64,000 nt of DNA from Cellulomonas sp. (GTDB lineage Bacteria; Actinomycetota; Actinomycetes; Actinomycetales; Cellulomonadaceae), in the NCBI GenBank assembly GCA_031178625.1, contig JAPSIR010000002.1:2310-66309 (forward strand), given 5' to 3'. Of this stretch, positions 46,051-58,112 are shown piece after piece; positions within the stretch are counted from its first letter, which is position 1; the number at the start of each line of letters is the position of its first letter. Below the pieces are notes generated by a model. That model made no database searches, was not told the DNA's origin, and saw only the letters and a program-made list of their open reading frames with translations. The position numbers and the translations under genes are program-made.

Positions 46051-46521
46051 TCAGGTGAGGTCGCGCAGCGCGAGCACGGTGGCGACCGCGGCCTCGGCGG
46101 CCTCCGCGCCCTTGTCCTCGCGCGAGCCCTCGAGCCCGGCACGGTCGAGCGCCTGCTGCTCGTCGTCGCACGTGAGCACGCCGAAGCCGACCGGGACGCC
46201 GGTGCGCAGCGCCACCTCGGTGAGGCCGTCCGTCGCCGCGTGGCAGACGTAGTCGAAGTGCGGGGTGCCGCCGCGGATGACGACGCCCAGCGCGACGACC
46301 GCGTCGGCACCGGTGGTCGCCGCGCGCTGCGCCGCGACCGGGAGCTCGAACGAGCCCGGCACGCGCACGACGGTGACGTCCGCCACGTGCGCTGCCTCGA
46401 GGGCGCGCAGCGCGCCGGCGAGCAGGCCGTCCATGACGACGGTGTGCCAGCTCGCGGCGATGACGACGACCCGCAGGCCGGTGCCGTCCAGGGTCAGGGT
46501 GGGTGCTCCGGCACCGCTCAT
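46051..46521 (-). CDS. ribH: 6,7-dimethyl-8-ribityllumazine synthase
   Basis: [24 protein letters not shown] and QALDRAG...EDKG. Confidence 0.97.
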   Translation of the reverse strand: MSGAGAPTLTLDGTGLRVVVIAASWHTVVMDGLLAGALRALEAAHVADVTVVRVPGSFELPVAAQRAATTGADAVVALGVVIRGGTPHFDYVCHAATDGLTEVALRTGVPVGFGVLTCDDEQQALDRAGLEGSREDKGAEAAEAAVATVLALRDLT

Positions 46522-47876
46522 GCCAGCTCCTCCAGGGGGTCGAACGCGTGGTCGGTGGTGTCCGCGCCGGCGGGCGCGGGGGCGGCGTGCACGGGCTCGA
46601 CCGGGATGGGCTCGCCCGTGACCGCGCCCGGCAGGTGGAGCACGTGCCCCATGCTCGTGGCCTTGGTGCGCAGGTACGCCGCGTTGTGCGGCGTGCGGCC
46701 CACCTCGAGCCCGCGCACCTCGACGACCTCCACGCCGTGCGCGCGCAGGCCCGTGACCTTCGCCGGGTTGTTCGTGAGCAGCCGCACGCGGCCTGCCCCG
46801 AGGTCGGTGAGGATCGCCGCGGCGGCGCCGTACTCGCGCCGGTCGGCCGGCCACCCCAGGTCGAGGTTCGCCTCGACGGTGTCGCGGCCCTGGTCCTGCA
46901 GCGCGTACGCCGCGACCTTCGCGAGCAGGCCGATGCCACGGCCCTCGTGCCCGCGCAGGTACACGACGGCGCCGCCCTCGGCGGCCGCCAGCTCGAGCGC
47001 GGCCTCCAGCTGGGGCCCGCAGTCGCAGCGCGCCGAGCCGAACGCGTCGCCGGTCAGGCACTCCGAGTGCACGCGCACGGTCGGCACGTCCGCCAGCCCG
47101 GTCGTGGGCACGAGCGCGACGTGCTCGTCGCCCGTGCGCAGGTCGCGGTAGCCGTGGATGCGGAAGTCGCCGTGCCGCGTCGGCAGGTGCGCCGTGTGCG
47201 TGGCGTGCACGCGCGCGGCCGGTGCGGTCGCCTCCTCGGCGACGGGCTCGGTGTCGCCGTGCGCGGTCCGCCACGCCCGCAGGTCGGCGATCGTCAGCAG
47301 CACGAGCCCGGCCTCGTCGGCGATGCGCGACGCCTCGGGCAGGCGCACCATGCTGCCGTCGTCGTTGACCAGCTCGGCGATCGCGCCCACCGGCTCCAGC
47401 CCGGCCAGCCGGCACAGGTCGACGGCGGCCTCGGTGTGCCCCGCGCGGTGCAGCACCCCGCCGGGCACCGCCCGCAGCGGCAGCACGTGGCCGGGCCGGA
47501 TGAGGTCGTGCGGGCCGGCGGCCGGGTCGGCGAGGACACGCAGCGTGCGCGCGCGGTCCGCGGCCGAGATGCCCGTCGTCACACCCGTCGCGGCGTCGAC
47601 CGTCACGGTGTAGGCGGTGCGCCGCGGGTCCTGGCTGTGCGGGACCATGAGCGGCAGGTCGAGCGCGTCCGCGCGTGCCGCCGTCATGGGGGCGCACAGG
47701 TACCCGGACGAGTGCCGGATCGTCCACGCCACCCACTCGGGCGTCGCCGACTGCGCGGCCAGGATGACGTCGGCCTCGTTCTCGCGGTCCTGCGAGTCGG
47801 CGACGAGCACGGGACGACCGGCGCGCAGCGCGTCGAGCGCGTCCTCGACCGTGCCGAGGCGGATCTCGGCGGTCAC
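46518..47876 (-). CDS. ribBA: Bifunctional DHBP synthase / GTP cyclohydrolase II
   Basis: [16 protein letters not shown] and RAGHTEA; [22 protein letters not shown] and LLTNNP. Confidence 0.96.
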   Translation of the reverse strand: MTAEIRLGTVEDALDALRAGRPVLVADSQDRENEADVILAAQSATPEWVAWTIRHSSGYLCAPMTAARADALDLPLMVPHSQDPRRTAYTVTVDAATGVTTGISAADRARTLRVLADPAAGPHDLIRPGHVLPLRAVPGGVLHRAGHTEAAVDLCRLAGLEPVGAIAELVNDDGSMVRLPEASRIADEAGLVLLTIADLRAWRTAHGDTEPVAEEATAPAARVHATHTAHLPTRHGDFRIHGYRDLRTGDEHVALVPTTGLADVPTVRVHSECLTGDAFGSARCDCGPQLEAALELAAAEGGAVVYLRGHEGRGIGLLAKVAAYALQDQGRDTVEANLDLGWPADRREYGAAAAILTDLGAGRVRLLTNNPAKVTGLRAHGVEVVEVRGLEVGRTPHNAAYLRTKATSMGHVLHLPGAVTGEPIPVEPVHAAPAPAGADTTDHAFDPLEELA

Positions 47877-48517
47877 CGCGCCACCCCGGCCGCGGCGGGC
47901 AGGGCGCCCGTCGCGGCGAGCAGCCGCTCCGTGTACTTCGCGAGCACGTCGACCTCCAGGTTCACGCGCGCGCCCGGCGCCAGCGTGCCCAGCGTCGTCG
48001 CGGCGAGCGTCGTGGGGATGAGCGAGACGCCGAACGCGTCGTCGGACACGTGCGTGACCGTCAGCGACACCCCCGACACCGTGATGGACCCCTTCTCGGC
48101 GACGTAGCGGGCCAGGGCCGGGTCGATGCCGACCTCGACCTCGTCCCACCGGGGCCCGGGACGACGTGCCCGCACCACGCCGACGCCGTCGACGTGGCCC
48201 TGCACGACGTGGCCCCCGTACCGGCCGCCGACGGCGAGCGCCCGCTCGAGGTTGACCGGGTCGCCGGCGGCCAGGTCACCGAGGGCCGTCCTGCGCAGCG
48301 ACTCCGGCATGACGTCGGCCACGAACGTGCCGTCGCCCGGCAGGTCCGTCACGGTCAGGCAGACGCCGGACACGGCGACCGAGTCGCCGAGCCGTGCGTC
48401 GGACACCGCGAGCGGCCCCCGCACGGTCAGGCGGGCGTCCCCCTCGCCGTCCGGCGCGGGCGCGCCCGGCTCGAGTGCGACGACGGTGCCGATCTCCTCG
48501 ACGATCCCGGTGAACAT
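47873..48517 (-). CDS. ribE: Riboflavin synthase
   Basis: [30 protein letters not shown] and VNLEVD. Confidence 0.97.
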   Translation of the reverse strand: MFTGIVEEIGTVVALEPGAPAPDGEGDARLTVRGPLAVSDARLGDSVAVSGVCLTVTDLPGDGTFVADVMPESLRRTALGDLAAGDPVNLERALAVGGRYGGHVVQGHVDGVGVVRARRPGPRWDEVEVGIDPALARYVAEKGSITVSGVSLTVTHVSDDAFGVSLIPTTLAATTLGTLAPGARVNLEVDVLAKYTERLLAATGALPAAAGVAR

Positions 48518-49623
48518 CAGTGCTCCTCGACGGTGGGCTGGGTGGGCTCAGGGGTGGCGACGACCAGGACGTCCGGCCCCAGGGGGACCACGTCGACCGG
48601 TCGCAGGCGGACGGCGTCCGCGAGGGTGCGCACGCCGAGGTCGGCCACGGCGGCCGGGCCGGCACCGAGCAGGACGGGCGCGACGTACGCGTGGACCTCG
48701 TCGACGACGCCCGCCGCGAGGAAGGCGGCGGCCAGCGTGGGACCGCCCTCGACCAGCAGGTGCCGCACCTCGCGCGCGTGCAGGGCGCGCAGCACCTCGA
48801 CGGGGTCGTGGGTGCGGACGTGGACGAGCGCGCCGCCCGGCCCGTGCAGCCGCGCGCCAGCCGGGACGTCGCGGTGCCCGACGACGACCCGCAGGGGCTG
48901 CCGCTCGACGAGCCCCCCGTCGACCGTGCGGGCGGTCAGGGACGGGTCGTCCGTCAGCGCGGTGCCGGTGCCCACCGCGATCGCGTCGACCTCGGCGCGC
49001 AGCCCGTGCGCGTGGTGCCGCGCCACGTCCGACGTGATCCAGCGGCTGGTCCCGTCGGCCGCCGCGACCCGGCCGTCCAGGGTCGTCGCGAGCTTGAGCG
49101 TCACGAACGGCCGCTCGCGCCGCACGGCCGGCAGCCAGGCCCCGAGCGCAGCGGCGCCCTCGTCGGCGAGCACGCCGGTGACCACGTCCACCCCTGCGGC
49201 GCGCAGGCGGCGCGCACCCCCGGCCGCCAGCGGGTTCGGGTCCTCGACGGACACGACGACGCGCGCGACGCCGGCGTCGAGCAGCGCGACGGAGCACGGC
49301 CCGGTCCGGCCGGTGTGGTCGCACGGCTCGAGCGTCACGACCGCGGTGGCACCGGCCGCGAGGGCGCCGCGCTCACGGGCGTCGGCCAGCGCGGCGACCT
49401 CGGCGTGCGCGGTGCCCGCGCCGCGGTGCCAGCCCTCGCCGACGACCTCGCCGTCGGGGCCGAGCAGGACGCAGCCGACGCGCGGGTTCGGCCCCAGGGG
49501 GCCGCGAGCGGCGAGCACGAGGGCGCGGCGCATCGCGGCCGTCTCGGCCGCGGTCACGGGGGCGGGGCGTGCCGGCGCGTCGTCGCGCTCGACGGCCACG
49601 CCGCCGACCGTCGTCCTGCTCAT
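48517..49623 (-). CDS. ribD: Riboflavin biosynthesis deaminase/reductase
   Basis: NPRVGCV, HAEVAAL, TLEPCDHTGRTGPC, SRWIT and LVEGG. Confidence 0.96.
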   Translation of the reverse strand: MSRTTVGGVAVERDDAPARPAPVTAAETAAMRRALVLAARGPLGPNPRVGCVLLGPDGEVVGEGWHRGAGTAHAEVAALADARERGALAAGATAVVTLEPCDHTGRTGPCSVALLDAGVARVVVSVEDPNPLAAGGARRLRAAGVDVVTGVLADEGAAALGAWLPAVRRERPFVTLKLATTLDGRVAAADGTSRWITSDVARHHAHGLRAEVDAIAVGTGTALTDDPSLTARTVDGGLVERQPLRVVVGHRDVPAGARLHGPGGALVHVRTHDPVEVLRALHAREVRHLLVEGGPTLAAAFLAAGVVDEVHAYVAPVLLGAGPAAVADLGVRTLADAVRLRPVDVVPLGPDVLVVATPEPTQPTVEEH

Positions 49624-49720
49624 CCCGTCCACCTCCGTGCGCGCGCAGCGCTCCGGGGGTGGGCCGAGAGCGCGGCGGACCGCGCGCACCGGCACGACGC
49701 ACCCGCGGGGGCGCGCCGCC

Positions 49721-49850
49721 ACGTGTCCCTCCCATCCGGACTGTCACCGTCGGTCCCGGAGTTCCACCAGGTCAACCGCCGGGCCCGAGGGCCCTGCGGG
49801 TCGCGGACTGTCACCGCCGGCTCGGAATTGCACCGACCCCGGAGCACGTG
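49721..49850 (-). promoter_or_regulatory. FMN riboswitch (RFN element)
   Basis: GCTCCGGGGTCGGTGCAATTCCGAGCCGGCGGTGACAGTCCGCGA...CCGACGGTGACAGTCCGGATGGGAG upstream of ribD. Confidence 0.95.
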
Positions 49851-49953
49851 TGTTCGTGTTCGTACTGGCCAACGATCATGCCACAGCGGCCATTCCCGCC
49901 CGGTTGCGTCCCGGCGGGTGACGGTCCTGGTGCGTGGCGCGGGCGCGCGGGCG

Positions 49954-50625
49954 TCAGGCCTCGAGCGGCGGCGCCTCGGCCAGGCGGCGCAGCGTCGCGA
50001 TCTCCGCGGCGACGTCCTGCGCGCCGTAGACCGCCGAGCCGGCGACGAAGACGTCGGCGCCCGCCCGCGCGATGGTCGCGATCGTGTCGCGCGAGACCCC
50101 GCCGTCCACCTGGATCCGCGTCGGCAGCCCGGCGGCGGCGACCGCCTGCCGCGTGCGCCGGATCTTCGGCAGCGTGCCCTCGATGAACGACTGCCCGCCG
50201 AAGCCCGGCTCCACCGTCATGACGAGGACCATGTCCAGCTCCGCCAGCAGGTCGAGGAACGGCTCGACGGGCGTCGCCGGGCGCAGCGCGACGCACGCGC
50301 GCACCCCGCCGGCCCGCAGCTCGCGCGCCAGGCGCACGGGCGCCTGCGTCGCCTCCGCGTGGAACGTGACCGACGCGGCACCCGCCTCGGCGTACTGCGG
50401 CGCCCAGCGGTCCGCGTCCTCCACCATGAGGTGCACGTCCAGCGGGACGGGGCTGACCTCGGCGATGCGCCGGACCACCGGCAGGCCGAGCGTCAGGTTC
50501 GGGACGAAGTGCTGGTCCATGACGTCGACGTGGACGTGGTCGGCGGTCGCGATCGCCTGCAGGTCGCGCTCGAGGTTCGCGAAGTCGGCGGACAGGATGC
50601 TGGGGTTGATCTGCACGGGCGGCAC
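49954..50625 (-). CDS. rpe: Ribulose-phosphate 3-epimerase
   Basis: [29 protein letters not shown] and QVDGG. Confidence 0.97.
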   Translation of the reverse strand: MPPVQINPSILSADFANLERDLQAIATADHVHVDVMDQHFVPNLTLGLPVVRRIAEVSPVPLDVHLMVEDADRWAPQYAEAGAASVTFHAEATQAPVRLARELRAGGVRACVALRPATPVEPFLDLLAELDMVLVMTVEPGFGGQSFIEGTLPKIRRTRQAVAAAGLPTRIQVDGGVSRDTIATIARAGADVFVAGSAVYGAQDVAAEIATLRRLAEAPPLEA

Positions 50626-50703
50626 GGGTCCACGCTACCGAGGGTGCCCGCGCCGCGCCCCGCCGCCCCACCTCGGCCCCGGCGCCCCGGACGGCGCCGC
50701 GGC

Positions 50704-52269
50704 TCAGGACCGGCGCAGGAGCGTGAGGTGCATCGCGTCGGTGCCGTGGACGTGCGGCCAGAGCTGGACGTCCGGCCGGGCCCCGACCCGCGTCGACGCC
50801 CACGCCGGCGCCACGTCGGCGAGGACGGGGCCGGCGTCGACGACCTCGACCTGCGTGCCGGCCCGGGCGGCCGCACGGACGGCGTCGGTCACGACCAGCC
50901 GCGTCTCGGCGAGGTGCGGCGAGCAGGTCACGTACGCGACCACGCCGCCCGGGCGGACGGCCGCGAGGGCGGACGCGAGGAGCTCGCGCTGCAGCGTCCC
51001 CAGCGTCGCGAGGTCCCCCGGCGTACGACGCCAGCGCGACTCGGGGCGCCGGCGCAGCGCCCCGAGCCCCGTGCACGGCGCGTCGAGGAGCACACGGTCG
51101 TACGCGCCCGGCTCGTCGGTGCCGACGGTGCGCCCGTCGCCGGTGCGCACGTCCTCGACCGCGTCGGCGGGCACGGCCCGCAGGGCCTGCGCGACCAGCC
51201 GGCTGCGGTGCGGCTGCACCTCGTTCGCGACCAGCCGTGCTCCCCGCTGCGCGGCGAGCGCAGCCAGCAGCGCCGCCTTACCGCCGGGACCCGCGCACAG
51301 GTCGAGCCAGCGGGCGTCGGGCCCGTCGAGCGGGGCGGCCGCCAGCGCGAGCGCGACCAGCTGGCTGCCCTCGTCCTGCACGCCCGCGCGCCCCTCGCGC
51401 ACGGCGGGCAGCGCACCCGGGTCACCGCCGCCGCCGAGCACCACGGCGGTCGGCGCGAACGGACCCGCGGTGGCCTCCTCGCCCGCCTCCACCGCGAGGT
51501 CGTCCGCCGTGACGAGCCCGGGACGCGCGACGAGCGTGACGCGCGGCGCCGCGTTGTCCGCGGCCAGCAGGTCCGCGACGTCCGCGACCGGGCGGCCGTC
51601 GCCGACCAGCGCCTCCCGCAGCGCCCGCACCACCCACGCGGGGTGGCTCTGCGTGGCCGCGAGCCGGGCGACCTCGTCGGTGCCCGCCGGGTCGGCGACG
51701 TCCCCGATGCGGCCGAGCCACGCGTCGAGGTCGTGCTCCGCCACGCGGCGCAGGACGGCGTTGACGAACTGCGCGGCGCCGGCGCCCGCGCGCTCGCGGG
51801 TCAGGCCCACCGTCTCCGAGACGGCGGCGTGCGGCGGCACGCGCATGCCGAGGAGCTGGTGCGCGCCGAGGCGCAGCAGGTCCAGCACCGGCGGGTCGAC
51901 CTGCTCGAGGGGGCGCGACGACGCGAGCGCGAGCACGGCGTCGTAGCGGCCGCGCAGCCGCAGGGTGCCGTACGCGAGCTCCGTCGCGAAGCCCGCGTCC
52001 CGCCCGCCGATCCCGCGCTCGCGCAGCAGCGGCGGCAGCACGAGGTTCGCGTAGGAGTCCGAGTCGGCGACGGCGCGCAGCGTGTCGAAGGCCGCGCCGC
52101 GGGCCGCGTCGCCCGTGCGTGCGCGCTGCCCCGGGGCCGCCGCGGTCCGGTGGCCGCGACCCTCCGTGCGCGCCGCGCCGCGCTGGCGGCCGCGTGCGTC
52201 GCGACGCCCGTCCCGGGCCGGGTCGCCGCCCGTGCCGCCCGTGCGGCGGCCACGTCCGTCGGCGCTCAC
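50704..52269 (-). CDS. rsmB: 16S rRNA m5C methyltransferase RsmB/Sun (NusB-like + MTase)
   Basis: [38 protein letters not shown] and YVTCS. Confidence 0.93.
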   Translation of the reverse strand: MSADGRGRRTGGTGGDPARDGRRDARGRQRGAARTEGRGHRTAAAPGQRARTGDAARGAAFDTLRAVADSDSYANLVLPPLLRERGIGGRDAGFATELAYGTLRLRGRYDAVLALASSRPLEQVDPPVLDLLRLGAHQLLGMRVPPHAAVSETVGLTRERAGAGAAQFVNAVLRRVAEHDLDAWLGRIGDVADPAGTDEVARLAATQSHPAWVVRALREALVGDGRPVADVADLLAADNAAPRVTLVARPGLVTADDLAVEAGEEATAGPFAPTAVVLGGGGDPGALPAVREGRAGVQDEGSQLVALALAAAPLDGPDARWLDLCAGPGGKAALLAALAAQRGARLVANEVQPHRSRLVAQALRAVPADAVEDVRTGDGRTVGTDEPGAYDRVLLDAPCTGLGALRRRPESRWRRTPGDLATLGTLQRELLASALAAVRPGGVVAYVTCSPHLAETRLVVTDAVRAAARAGTQVEVVDAGPVLADVAPAWASTRVGARPDVQLWPHVHGTDAMHLTLLRRS

Positions 52270-53252
52270 GACGCCTCCCCGGCGACCGCGGGGGCGGCCT
52301 CGTCCGACCGTGCGTGGCCGTCGGCGCCGAGCACCGTCCCCGGTGCGGGCCGTGCGCCGCGCGCCCAGTCGGCCGCCGCCATGGGCCGCCGGCCGGTCGG
52401 GACGACCTCGCCCAGCCGCACCGCGCCCCGTCCCGTGCCCACCAGCACCTCCTGCTTCGTCGCGCGCAGCTCGCCCGGGGCGAGGTCGGTGACGTCGGGC
52501 ACGGGCACGACGGGCCCGAGGCCGAGCCGGCCTCCGTCGGGCAGCGTCGTCCAGGCGCCCGGTGCCGGCGTGCAGCCGCGGACGCGCCGGTCGACGACGT
52601 GCGCGGGGTGCCACCAGCGGACCCGCGCGTCCTCGGGGCCGAGCTTCGGGGCGTGGCTGACGCCGTCCGCCGGCTGCGGCACCGGCGCCAGCGCGCCGTC
52701 CTCGATGCCGTCCAGCGTGCGCACAAGCAGCTCGGCGCCCGCGACGGCGAGCCGGTCGAGCAGGTCGCCCGAGGTGTCCCGCGGACGCACCACCTCGGTG
52801 AGCGCCCCGAACACCGGGCCGGTGTCCAGCCCCTCCTCGAGGCGGAACGTCGACGCGCCCGTCACCTCGTCGCCCGCCATGACGGCGTGCTGGACCGGCG
52901 CCGCGCCGCGCCAGGCAGGCAGGACGGAGAAGTGCAGGTTCACCCAGCCGTGCCGGGGCACCGCGAGCAGGTCCGGCGGCACGAGGACGCCGTACGCGAC
53001 GACGGGAGCCGCGTCGACGTCGAGCGCGGCGATCTCGGCGCGCGCCGCCTCGTCACGCAGTGTGCGCGGCGTCAGCACGGGGATGCCGTGCGCGCGCGCC
53101 GCCGCGGCGACCGGCGACGGTGTGAGCGTGCGGCCGCGACCCACGCGGGCGTCCGGGCGCGTGAGCACCGCGACGACCTCGTGCCGGGACGCGAGCAGGG
53201 CCTCGAGGGACGGCACGGCGGGCGCCGGGCTCCCGGCGAACAGCAGACGCAT
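52266..53252 (-). CDS. fmt: Methionyl-tRNA formyltransferase
   Basis: [23 protein letters not shown] and TPAPGAW. Confidence 0.96.
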   Translation of the reverse strand: MRLLFAGSPAPAVPSLEALLASRHEVVAVLTRPDARVGRGRTLTPSPVAAAARAHGIPVLTPRTLRDEAARAEIAALDVDAAPVVAYGVLVPPDLLAVPRHGWVNLHFSVLPAWRGAAPVQHAVMAGDEVTGASTFRLEEGLDTGPVFGALTEVVRPRDTSGDLLDRLAVAGAELLVRTLDGIEDGALAPVPQPADGVSHAPKLGPEDARVRWWHPAHVVDRRVRGCTPAPGAWTTLPDGGRLGLGPVVPVPDVTDLAPGELRATKQEVLVGTGRGAVRLGEVVPTGRRPMAAADWARGARPAPGTVLGADGHARSDEAAPAVAGEAS

Positions 53253-53357
53253 GAGCCCGATCCTAGGTGGCGCCCGGCAGCCGTCCCGCGGCGAGGCGGC
53301 CGGGGCCGTGCCGCCGCACCGTGCCCGCGGCCGTGCCGGCCGACGCGGCGCACCGCG

Positions 53358-55550
53358 TCAGACGACGTCCGCGGGATCCACCTCGACGCGCACCGCGCCG
53401 CCCTCGCGCCGCGCGCTGCGGACGGCGACGGACGCGGCGACGGCGTGCGCGAGCGCACGGCCGGCGGGCAGCGGCACGCGCAGGAGGGCACGCACCTCGG
53501 GGTCGAGGGTCGCGGCGCCGTCGGCGGCGTCGACCGGGACGGGGCCGAGGACCTCGAGGTCCGGCACGTCGACGCGCGCGAGCACCGCGCCCACGGCGTC
53601 CCGGGCCCCGGTCACCGCGACGACCCGCACGGCCGGCGGCAGCCGCAGCTCCGCCCGCTCGGCGAGCTCGCGGGACGCCAGACCCGCCGGGTCCCACCGG
53701 ACGAGCGCCTGCGTCGGACGCACGAGCCCGTCCCCGACGAGCAGCACCTGGCCGCCGTCCGCCGCCGGTCGGACGAGAGCCGCAGCCGCGAGCCACCGGC
53801 GCAGGGCGTCGGGCTCGGCACCCAGCCGCGTGCCGGCGCTCGCGACGGCGGCGTCCAGCAGCACGGCGGCCGCGTACCCGGACGGCGCGTCGGGCTCCGC
53901 GCCCGGCGTGGCCACGACGAGCGCGGGCCGGTCCGGCACGCTCGCCAGCACGCCGCCGGCGGCCCGCGCCCCGGAGACCCGGACCGTCGCACCGGGGAAC
54001 GCGCGGCCGAGCTCCTCGGCGGTGCGCTCCGACCCGACGCGCACCGAGCGCAGCACGGTGGCGTCGCACTCGCCGCACCGCCAGCCCGTCGCGAGCCGGC
54101 CGCACCACCCGCACGACGGCGTCGTCGAGCCGCGCGTCAGACCCAGCGGGCCGTGGCACGCGGTGCAGCGCGCGCTCGCCCGGCAGCGGCCGCACGCCAG
54201 GACCGGCACGTACCCCGCACGGGGCGTCTGCACCAGCACGGGGCCCGACGCGAGCGCGTCCTTCATCGCCCGCCACGCGGGGCCGGGCAGCCGGGCGGCC
54301 GCCGCGGGCCCCTCGCGCGCCAGCTCGACCGACGTCAGCGCCCGCACCCGCGGGGTCGACGCGCGCACCACGGGTCGGTCGGCCGCGACCTCCCGGGCCC
54401 AGCCGGACTCCACGAGGTGCTGCGCCTCGACCGTGCGGCCGTGCGCCCCGACCAGCAGTGCGCAGCCCTCCAGCTCCGAGCGCAGCGCGAGCACCTCGCG
54501 CACGTGCGGGTACGGCGCGCGCGGCTCCGCGTGCTGGCCGTCGCCGTCGTCCCACACCACCGCGAGCCCCAGGTCCCCGACCGGCGCGAAGGCGGACGCC
54601 CGCGTGCCGACCACGACGCGCGCGGCGCCCCGGAGCGCGGCGAGGAACGCCCGGTAGCGGGCGGCCGGCCCGTCCTCCGCGACGAGACGGGCCACCGGGC
54701 CGCCCTCGGCGACACCCGCGAGGCCTGCCTCGGCCAGCGCCGCGCAGACCCGGTCCACGTCGCGGGCGTCCGGCAGCACGACGAGCGCACCGCGACCGCC
54801 CGCGAGGCACGCCGCCACCGCCTGCGCGACCGCGGCCGCCCACCGGTGCTCCCCCACGGCGGTCAGCGCCGACCAGACCGCGCGCGGGGCGCCGCCGGCG
54901 GCGACGTGCCGGCAGAACGCCGGCCCGCCCCGGTACGGGGCCCACGCGGTCGGGTCGACGGCGGCGGACGCGGTCGGCGCGGACGCGGTCGAGCCGGGCG
55001 CGGTCGCGTCGGTGGACGGCACCGCGTCGCCGCCGGCGGGCCGCGTCGCGTCGGTCCCGGCGGGCGAGTCGTCCGGAGCCCCTCCCGCAGACCTCCGCTC
55101 CCCCTCGACGCGGGCGTGCCGGGGCGGCACCGCGAGGCGCAGCACGTCGGCGAGCGTCCCGGCCCACCGGTCGGCGACGGCGCGGGCGAGGCGGGCGACC
55201 GCGGGCGCGAGCACGGGCTCGGACGACACGACGCGGCGCAGCGGCAGCAGCCGGCCCGTGTGGTCCGCGTCCGCGACACGCTCGAGGAGCCAGCCGTCGA
55301 CGTCCTGCCCGGCGAACCGCACCTTGACGCGCACGCCGGGGCGCGCGGCGGCGTCGAGCGACTCGGGCACCAGGTACTCGAACGTGCGGTCCAGGTGCGG
55401 CGGCGCGAGATCGACGCACACCCGCGCGACCGGCAGCGAGGATGCCGGGGTCAGCGACGGCGGCGTGCGGGGGCGGCGACGCGGCGCGGGGACGGCGAGC
55501 CCGGCGAGCGTCGGCTGCTCGGGCCCGGTCGGTGCGCTCACGTGCGCCAT
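53358..55550 (-). CDS. priA: Primosomal protein N' (actinobacterial type with degenerate helicase motifs); start may be GTG 55541
   Basis: HLDRTFEY, VLRLAVPPRH, VGTRASAFAP, EPRAPYPH, four CxxC pairs and RTAEELGRAFP. Confidence 0.92.
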   Translation of the reverse strand: MAHVSAPTGPEQPTLAGLAVPAPRRRPRTPPSLTPASSLPVARVCVDLAPPHLDRTFEYLVPESLDAAARPGVRVKVRFAGQDVDGWLLERVADADHTGRLLPLRRVVSSEPVLAPAVARLARAVADRWAGTLADVLRLAVPPRHARVEGERRSAGGAPDDSPAGTDATRPAGGDAVPSTDATAPGSTASAPTASAAVDPTAWAPYRGGPAFCRHVAAGGAPRAVWSALTAVGEHRWAAAVAQAVAACLAGGRGALVVLPDARDVDRVCAALAEAGLAGVAEGGPVARLVAEDGPAARYRAFLAALRGAARVVVGTRASAFAPVGDLGLAVVWDDGDGQHAEPRAPYPHVREVLALRSELEGCALLVGAHGRTVEAQHLVESGWAREVAADRPVVRASTPRVRALTSVELAREGPAAAARLPGPAWRAMKDALASGPVLVQTPRAGYVPVLACGRCRASARCTACHGPLGLTRGSTTPSCGWCGRLATGWRCGECDATVLRSVRVGSERTAEELGRAFPGATVRVSGARAAGGVLASVPDRPALVVATPGAEPDAPSGYAAAVLLDAAVASAGTRLGAEPDALRRWLAAAALVRPAADGGQVLLVGDGLVRPTQALVRWDPAGLASRELAERAELRLPPAVRVVAVTGARDAVGAVLARVDVPDLEVLGPVPVDAADGAATLDPEVRALLRVPLPAGRALAHAVAASVAVRSARREGGAVRVEVDPADVV

Positions 55551-55626
55551 CCCACCACGGACGGCCACGCCCCCGGCGTCGTCGGCCGCGGTCCTGCGGA
55601 CCGGGGCCGACGGGCGGGCGCGGGCG

Positions 55627-56826
55627 TCAGCCGACCGCCGACAGCAGGTCGGCGGTGCGGTCCGTGCGCTCCCACGTGAACTCCGGCAGCTCGCGGCCGA
55701 AGTGGCCGTAGGCGGCCGTCCGGCGGTAGACCGGGCGCAGCAGGTCCAGGTCGCGGATGATCGCGGCCGGGCGCAGGTCGAAGACCTCGCGGATCGCCGC
55801 CGTGAGCCGGTCGACGGGAACGGTGCCCGTGCCGAACGTCTCCACGTACAGCCCCACGGGGTGCGCCTTGCCGATCGCGTACGCGACCTGCACCTCGCAG
55901 CGGCGCGCGAGCCCCGCGGCCACGACGTTCTTGGCGACCCAGCGCATCGCGTACGCCGCGGAGCGGTCCACCTTCGACGGGTCCTTCCCGGAGAACGCTC
56001 CACCGCCGTGGCGGGCCATGCCACCGTACGTGTCGACGATGATCTTGCGACCGGTGAGACCGGCGTCGCCCTGCGGGCCGCCGACGACGAACTGACCCGT
56101 CGGGTTGACGAGCAGGCGGTGCGCCGAGGTGTCCAGGTCGAGGCCGTCGAGCACGGGGCGCACCACGAGCTCGGCGACGTCGCGCGCCAGCGTCTGCTCG
56201 AGCACGTCCGGCTCGTGCTGCGTGGACAGGACGACGGTGTCGAGCGCCACCGGGCGGTCGCCCTCGTAGCCGACCGTCACCTGCGTCTTGCCGTCGGGGC
56301 GCAGGCCCGGCAGCGAGCCGTCCTTGCGCACGCTCGCGAGCTGCTCGGCGAGGCGGTGCGCCAGCCAGATCGGCAGCGGCAGCAGCGACGGGGTCTCGTC
56401 GCTCGCGTAGCCGAACATCAGGCCCTGGTCGCCGGCGCCCTGCAGGTCGAGGGGGTCCATGTCGCCCGCGTCCTCGCGGACCTCGATCGCCTTGTCCACG
56501 CCGGCCGCGATGTCGGGGGACTGCTGGCCGATCGACACCGAGACGCCGCACGAGTCGCCGTCGAAGCCGATGTGGGAGGACGTGTACCCGATCCCCCGCA
56601 CGACCTCGCGCACGATCTGCGGGATCTCGACGTACGCGCTCGTCGTCACCTCGCCGGCGACGTGCACGAGACCGGTCGTGACCATGGTCTCCACGGCGAC
56701 GCGCGCGGTCGGGTCCTGCTCGAGGATGGCGTCGAGGATGGCGTCCGAGATCTGGTCGCAGATCTTGTCGGGGTGGCCCTCCGTGACCGACTCCGAGGTG
56801 AACAGGCGGAGAGGCGCGGACGTCAT
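55627..56826 (-). CDS. metK: S-adenosylmethionine synthetase
   Basis: [33 protein letters not shown] and [10 protein letters not shown]. Confidence 0.98.
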   Translation of the reverse strand: MTSAPLRLFTSESVTEGHPDKICDQISDAILDAILEQDPTARVAVETMVTTGLVHVAGEVTTSAYVEIPQIVREVVRGIGYTSSHIGFDGDSCGVSVSIGQQSPDIAAGVDKAIEVREDAGDMDPLDLQGAGDQGLMFGYASDETPSLLPLPIWLAHRLAEQLASVRKDGSLPGLRPDGKTQVTVGYEGDRPVALDTVVLSTQHEPDVLEQTLARDVAELVVRPVLDGLDLDTSAHRLLVNPTGQFVVGGPQGDAGLTGRKIIVDTYGGMARHGGGAFSGKDPSKVDRSAAYAMRWVAKNVVAAGLARRCEVQVAYAIGKAHPVGLYVETFGTGTVPVDRLTAAIREVFDLRPAAIIRDLDLLRPVYRRTAAYGHFGRELPEFTWERTDRTADLLSAVG

Positions 56827-58103
56827 GCCCGCAGCGTACCGGCGGGCGGAGGGCCGTCCGTGCGTGCGTCCAGGTGCGTCCGCACGGCGTCCCACACGGC
56901 GTGCGCGACGTCCTCCTTGGGTCCCGTGGCGGTCGTGACGACGTCGCCCGCGGCGTCGAGCACCGTGACGTCGTTCGTCGGCGTGCCGAAGGCGCGGCCG
57001 TCGCCGACCGGGTTCACCACGAGCAGGTCCGCGCCCTTGCGCCGGGCCTTGGCACGACCGTGCTCGAGCACGGTGCCGCTCGCGTCCCCGGTCTCGGCGG
57101 CGAACCCGACCACCGTCTGCCCCGGCCGGGGCGGGTCTGTGACGAGCTCGCGCAGCACGTCGACCGTCTCGACGAGCCGCAGCACCGGCGGCTCCCCGGT
57201 CTTCTTCAGCTTGGCGTCGGCCACGACCTCCGGCCGGTAGTCCGCGACGGCCGCCGCCATGACGACGACGTCGGCGTCCTTGGCCGCGGCGCGCACGGCG
57301 TCCCGGAGCTCCTGCCCCGTCTCGACCGGCACGACCTCCACGGGCACGACCGCACCGGGCACGACCGCACCGGGCACGGCGCCCGCGACGACGTCGGGGG
57401 CCACGTTCGCCGCGACGAGGGTGACGTGCGCACCGCGGTCGGCGGCCGCCCGCGCGAGCGCGACGCCCTGGCGGCCCGACGACCGGTTCCCGAGGAAGCG
57501 CACCGGGTCGAGCGGCTCGCGGGTGCCGCCGGCGGAGACGACGACGCGTACGCCGTCGAGGTCGCGCGGGCGGCCGGCGTCCGCGGCGAGGGCGAGCGCG
57601 GCGGCGGCGATCGCCTCGGGTTCCGGCAGCCGTCCCGGCCCGGTGTCCGCGCCGGTGAGGCGCCCGGCGTCGGGGTCGAGCACGTGCACGCCGCGGGCGC
57701 GCAGCGTCGCGACGTTCGCGACCGTGGCGGGGTGCTCCCACATCTCCGTGTGCATCGCGGGCGCGAGCAGCACGGGGCTGCGGGCGACGAGCAGCGTCGC
57801 GGTCAGCAGGTCGTCAGCGCGGCCGGTGGCGGCACGGGCGAGCAGGTCGGCCGTCGCGGGCGCGACGACGACCAGCTCGGCCTGCTTGCCGATCGCGACG
57901 TGGGCGACGCGGTCGACGTCCTCGAACACCTCGGTCGTCACGGGCTGGCCCGACAGGGCCTCCCACGTGGCGCGGCCGACGAACTCGAGCGAGGCGCGGG
58001 TCGGCACGACCCGCACCTCGTGGCCCTGCTCGCGCAGCAGCCGCAGGAGCAGGACCGCCTTGTAGGCGGCGATCCCGCCCGCGACCCCGAGGACGATGCG
58101 CAC
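56823..58103 (-). CDS. coaBC: Phosphopantothenoylcysteine decarboxylase/ligase
   Basis: [35 protein letters not shown] and VGFAAET. Confidence 0.96.
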   Translation of the reverse strand: MRIVLGVAGGIAAYKAVLLLRLLREQGHEVRVVPTRASLEFVGRATWEALSGQPVTTEVFEDVDRVAHVAIGKQAELVVVAPATADLLARAATGRADDLLTATLLVARSPVLLAPAMHTEMWEHPATVANVATLRARGVHVLDPDAGRLTGADTGPGRLPEPEAIAAAALALAADAGRPRDLDGVRVVVSAGGTREPLDPVRFLGNRSSGRQGVALARAAADRGAHVTLVAANVAPDVVAGAVPGAVVPGAVVPVEVVPVETGQELRDAVRAAAKDADVVVMAAAVADYRPEVVADAKLKKTGEPPVLRLVETVDVLRELVTDPPRPGQTVVGFAAETGDASGTVLEHGRAKARRKGADLLVVNPVGDGRAFGTPTNDVTVLDAAGDVVTTATGPKEDVAHAVWDAVRTHLDARTDGPPPAGTLRA

Positions 58104-58112
58104 GGCGGCCGG

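Noticed and set aside
48520-54657. 2045-aa plus-strand ORF and other very long alternative-frame ORFs (e.g. 52119-55679; the upstream parts of 33809-37348 and 59708-63859)
   Set aside because: Shadow ORFs caused by stop-codon scarcity at high GC; Arg/Ala/Pro-rich with no motifs, overlapping clear housekeeping genes.
53358-55550. PriA lacking canonical Walker A/DExH motifs, as a possible pseudogene
   Set aside because: Helicase-degenerate PriA is normal in Actinobacteria; the frame and Zn ligands are intact.
56826-56900. SAM riboswitch upstream of metK
   Set aside because: metK overlaps coaBC and appears leaderless; there is no room or motif for one.
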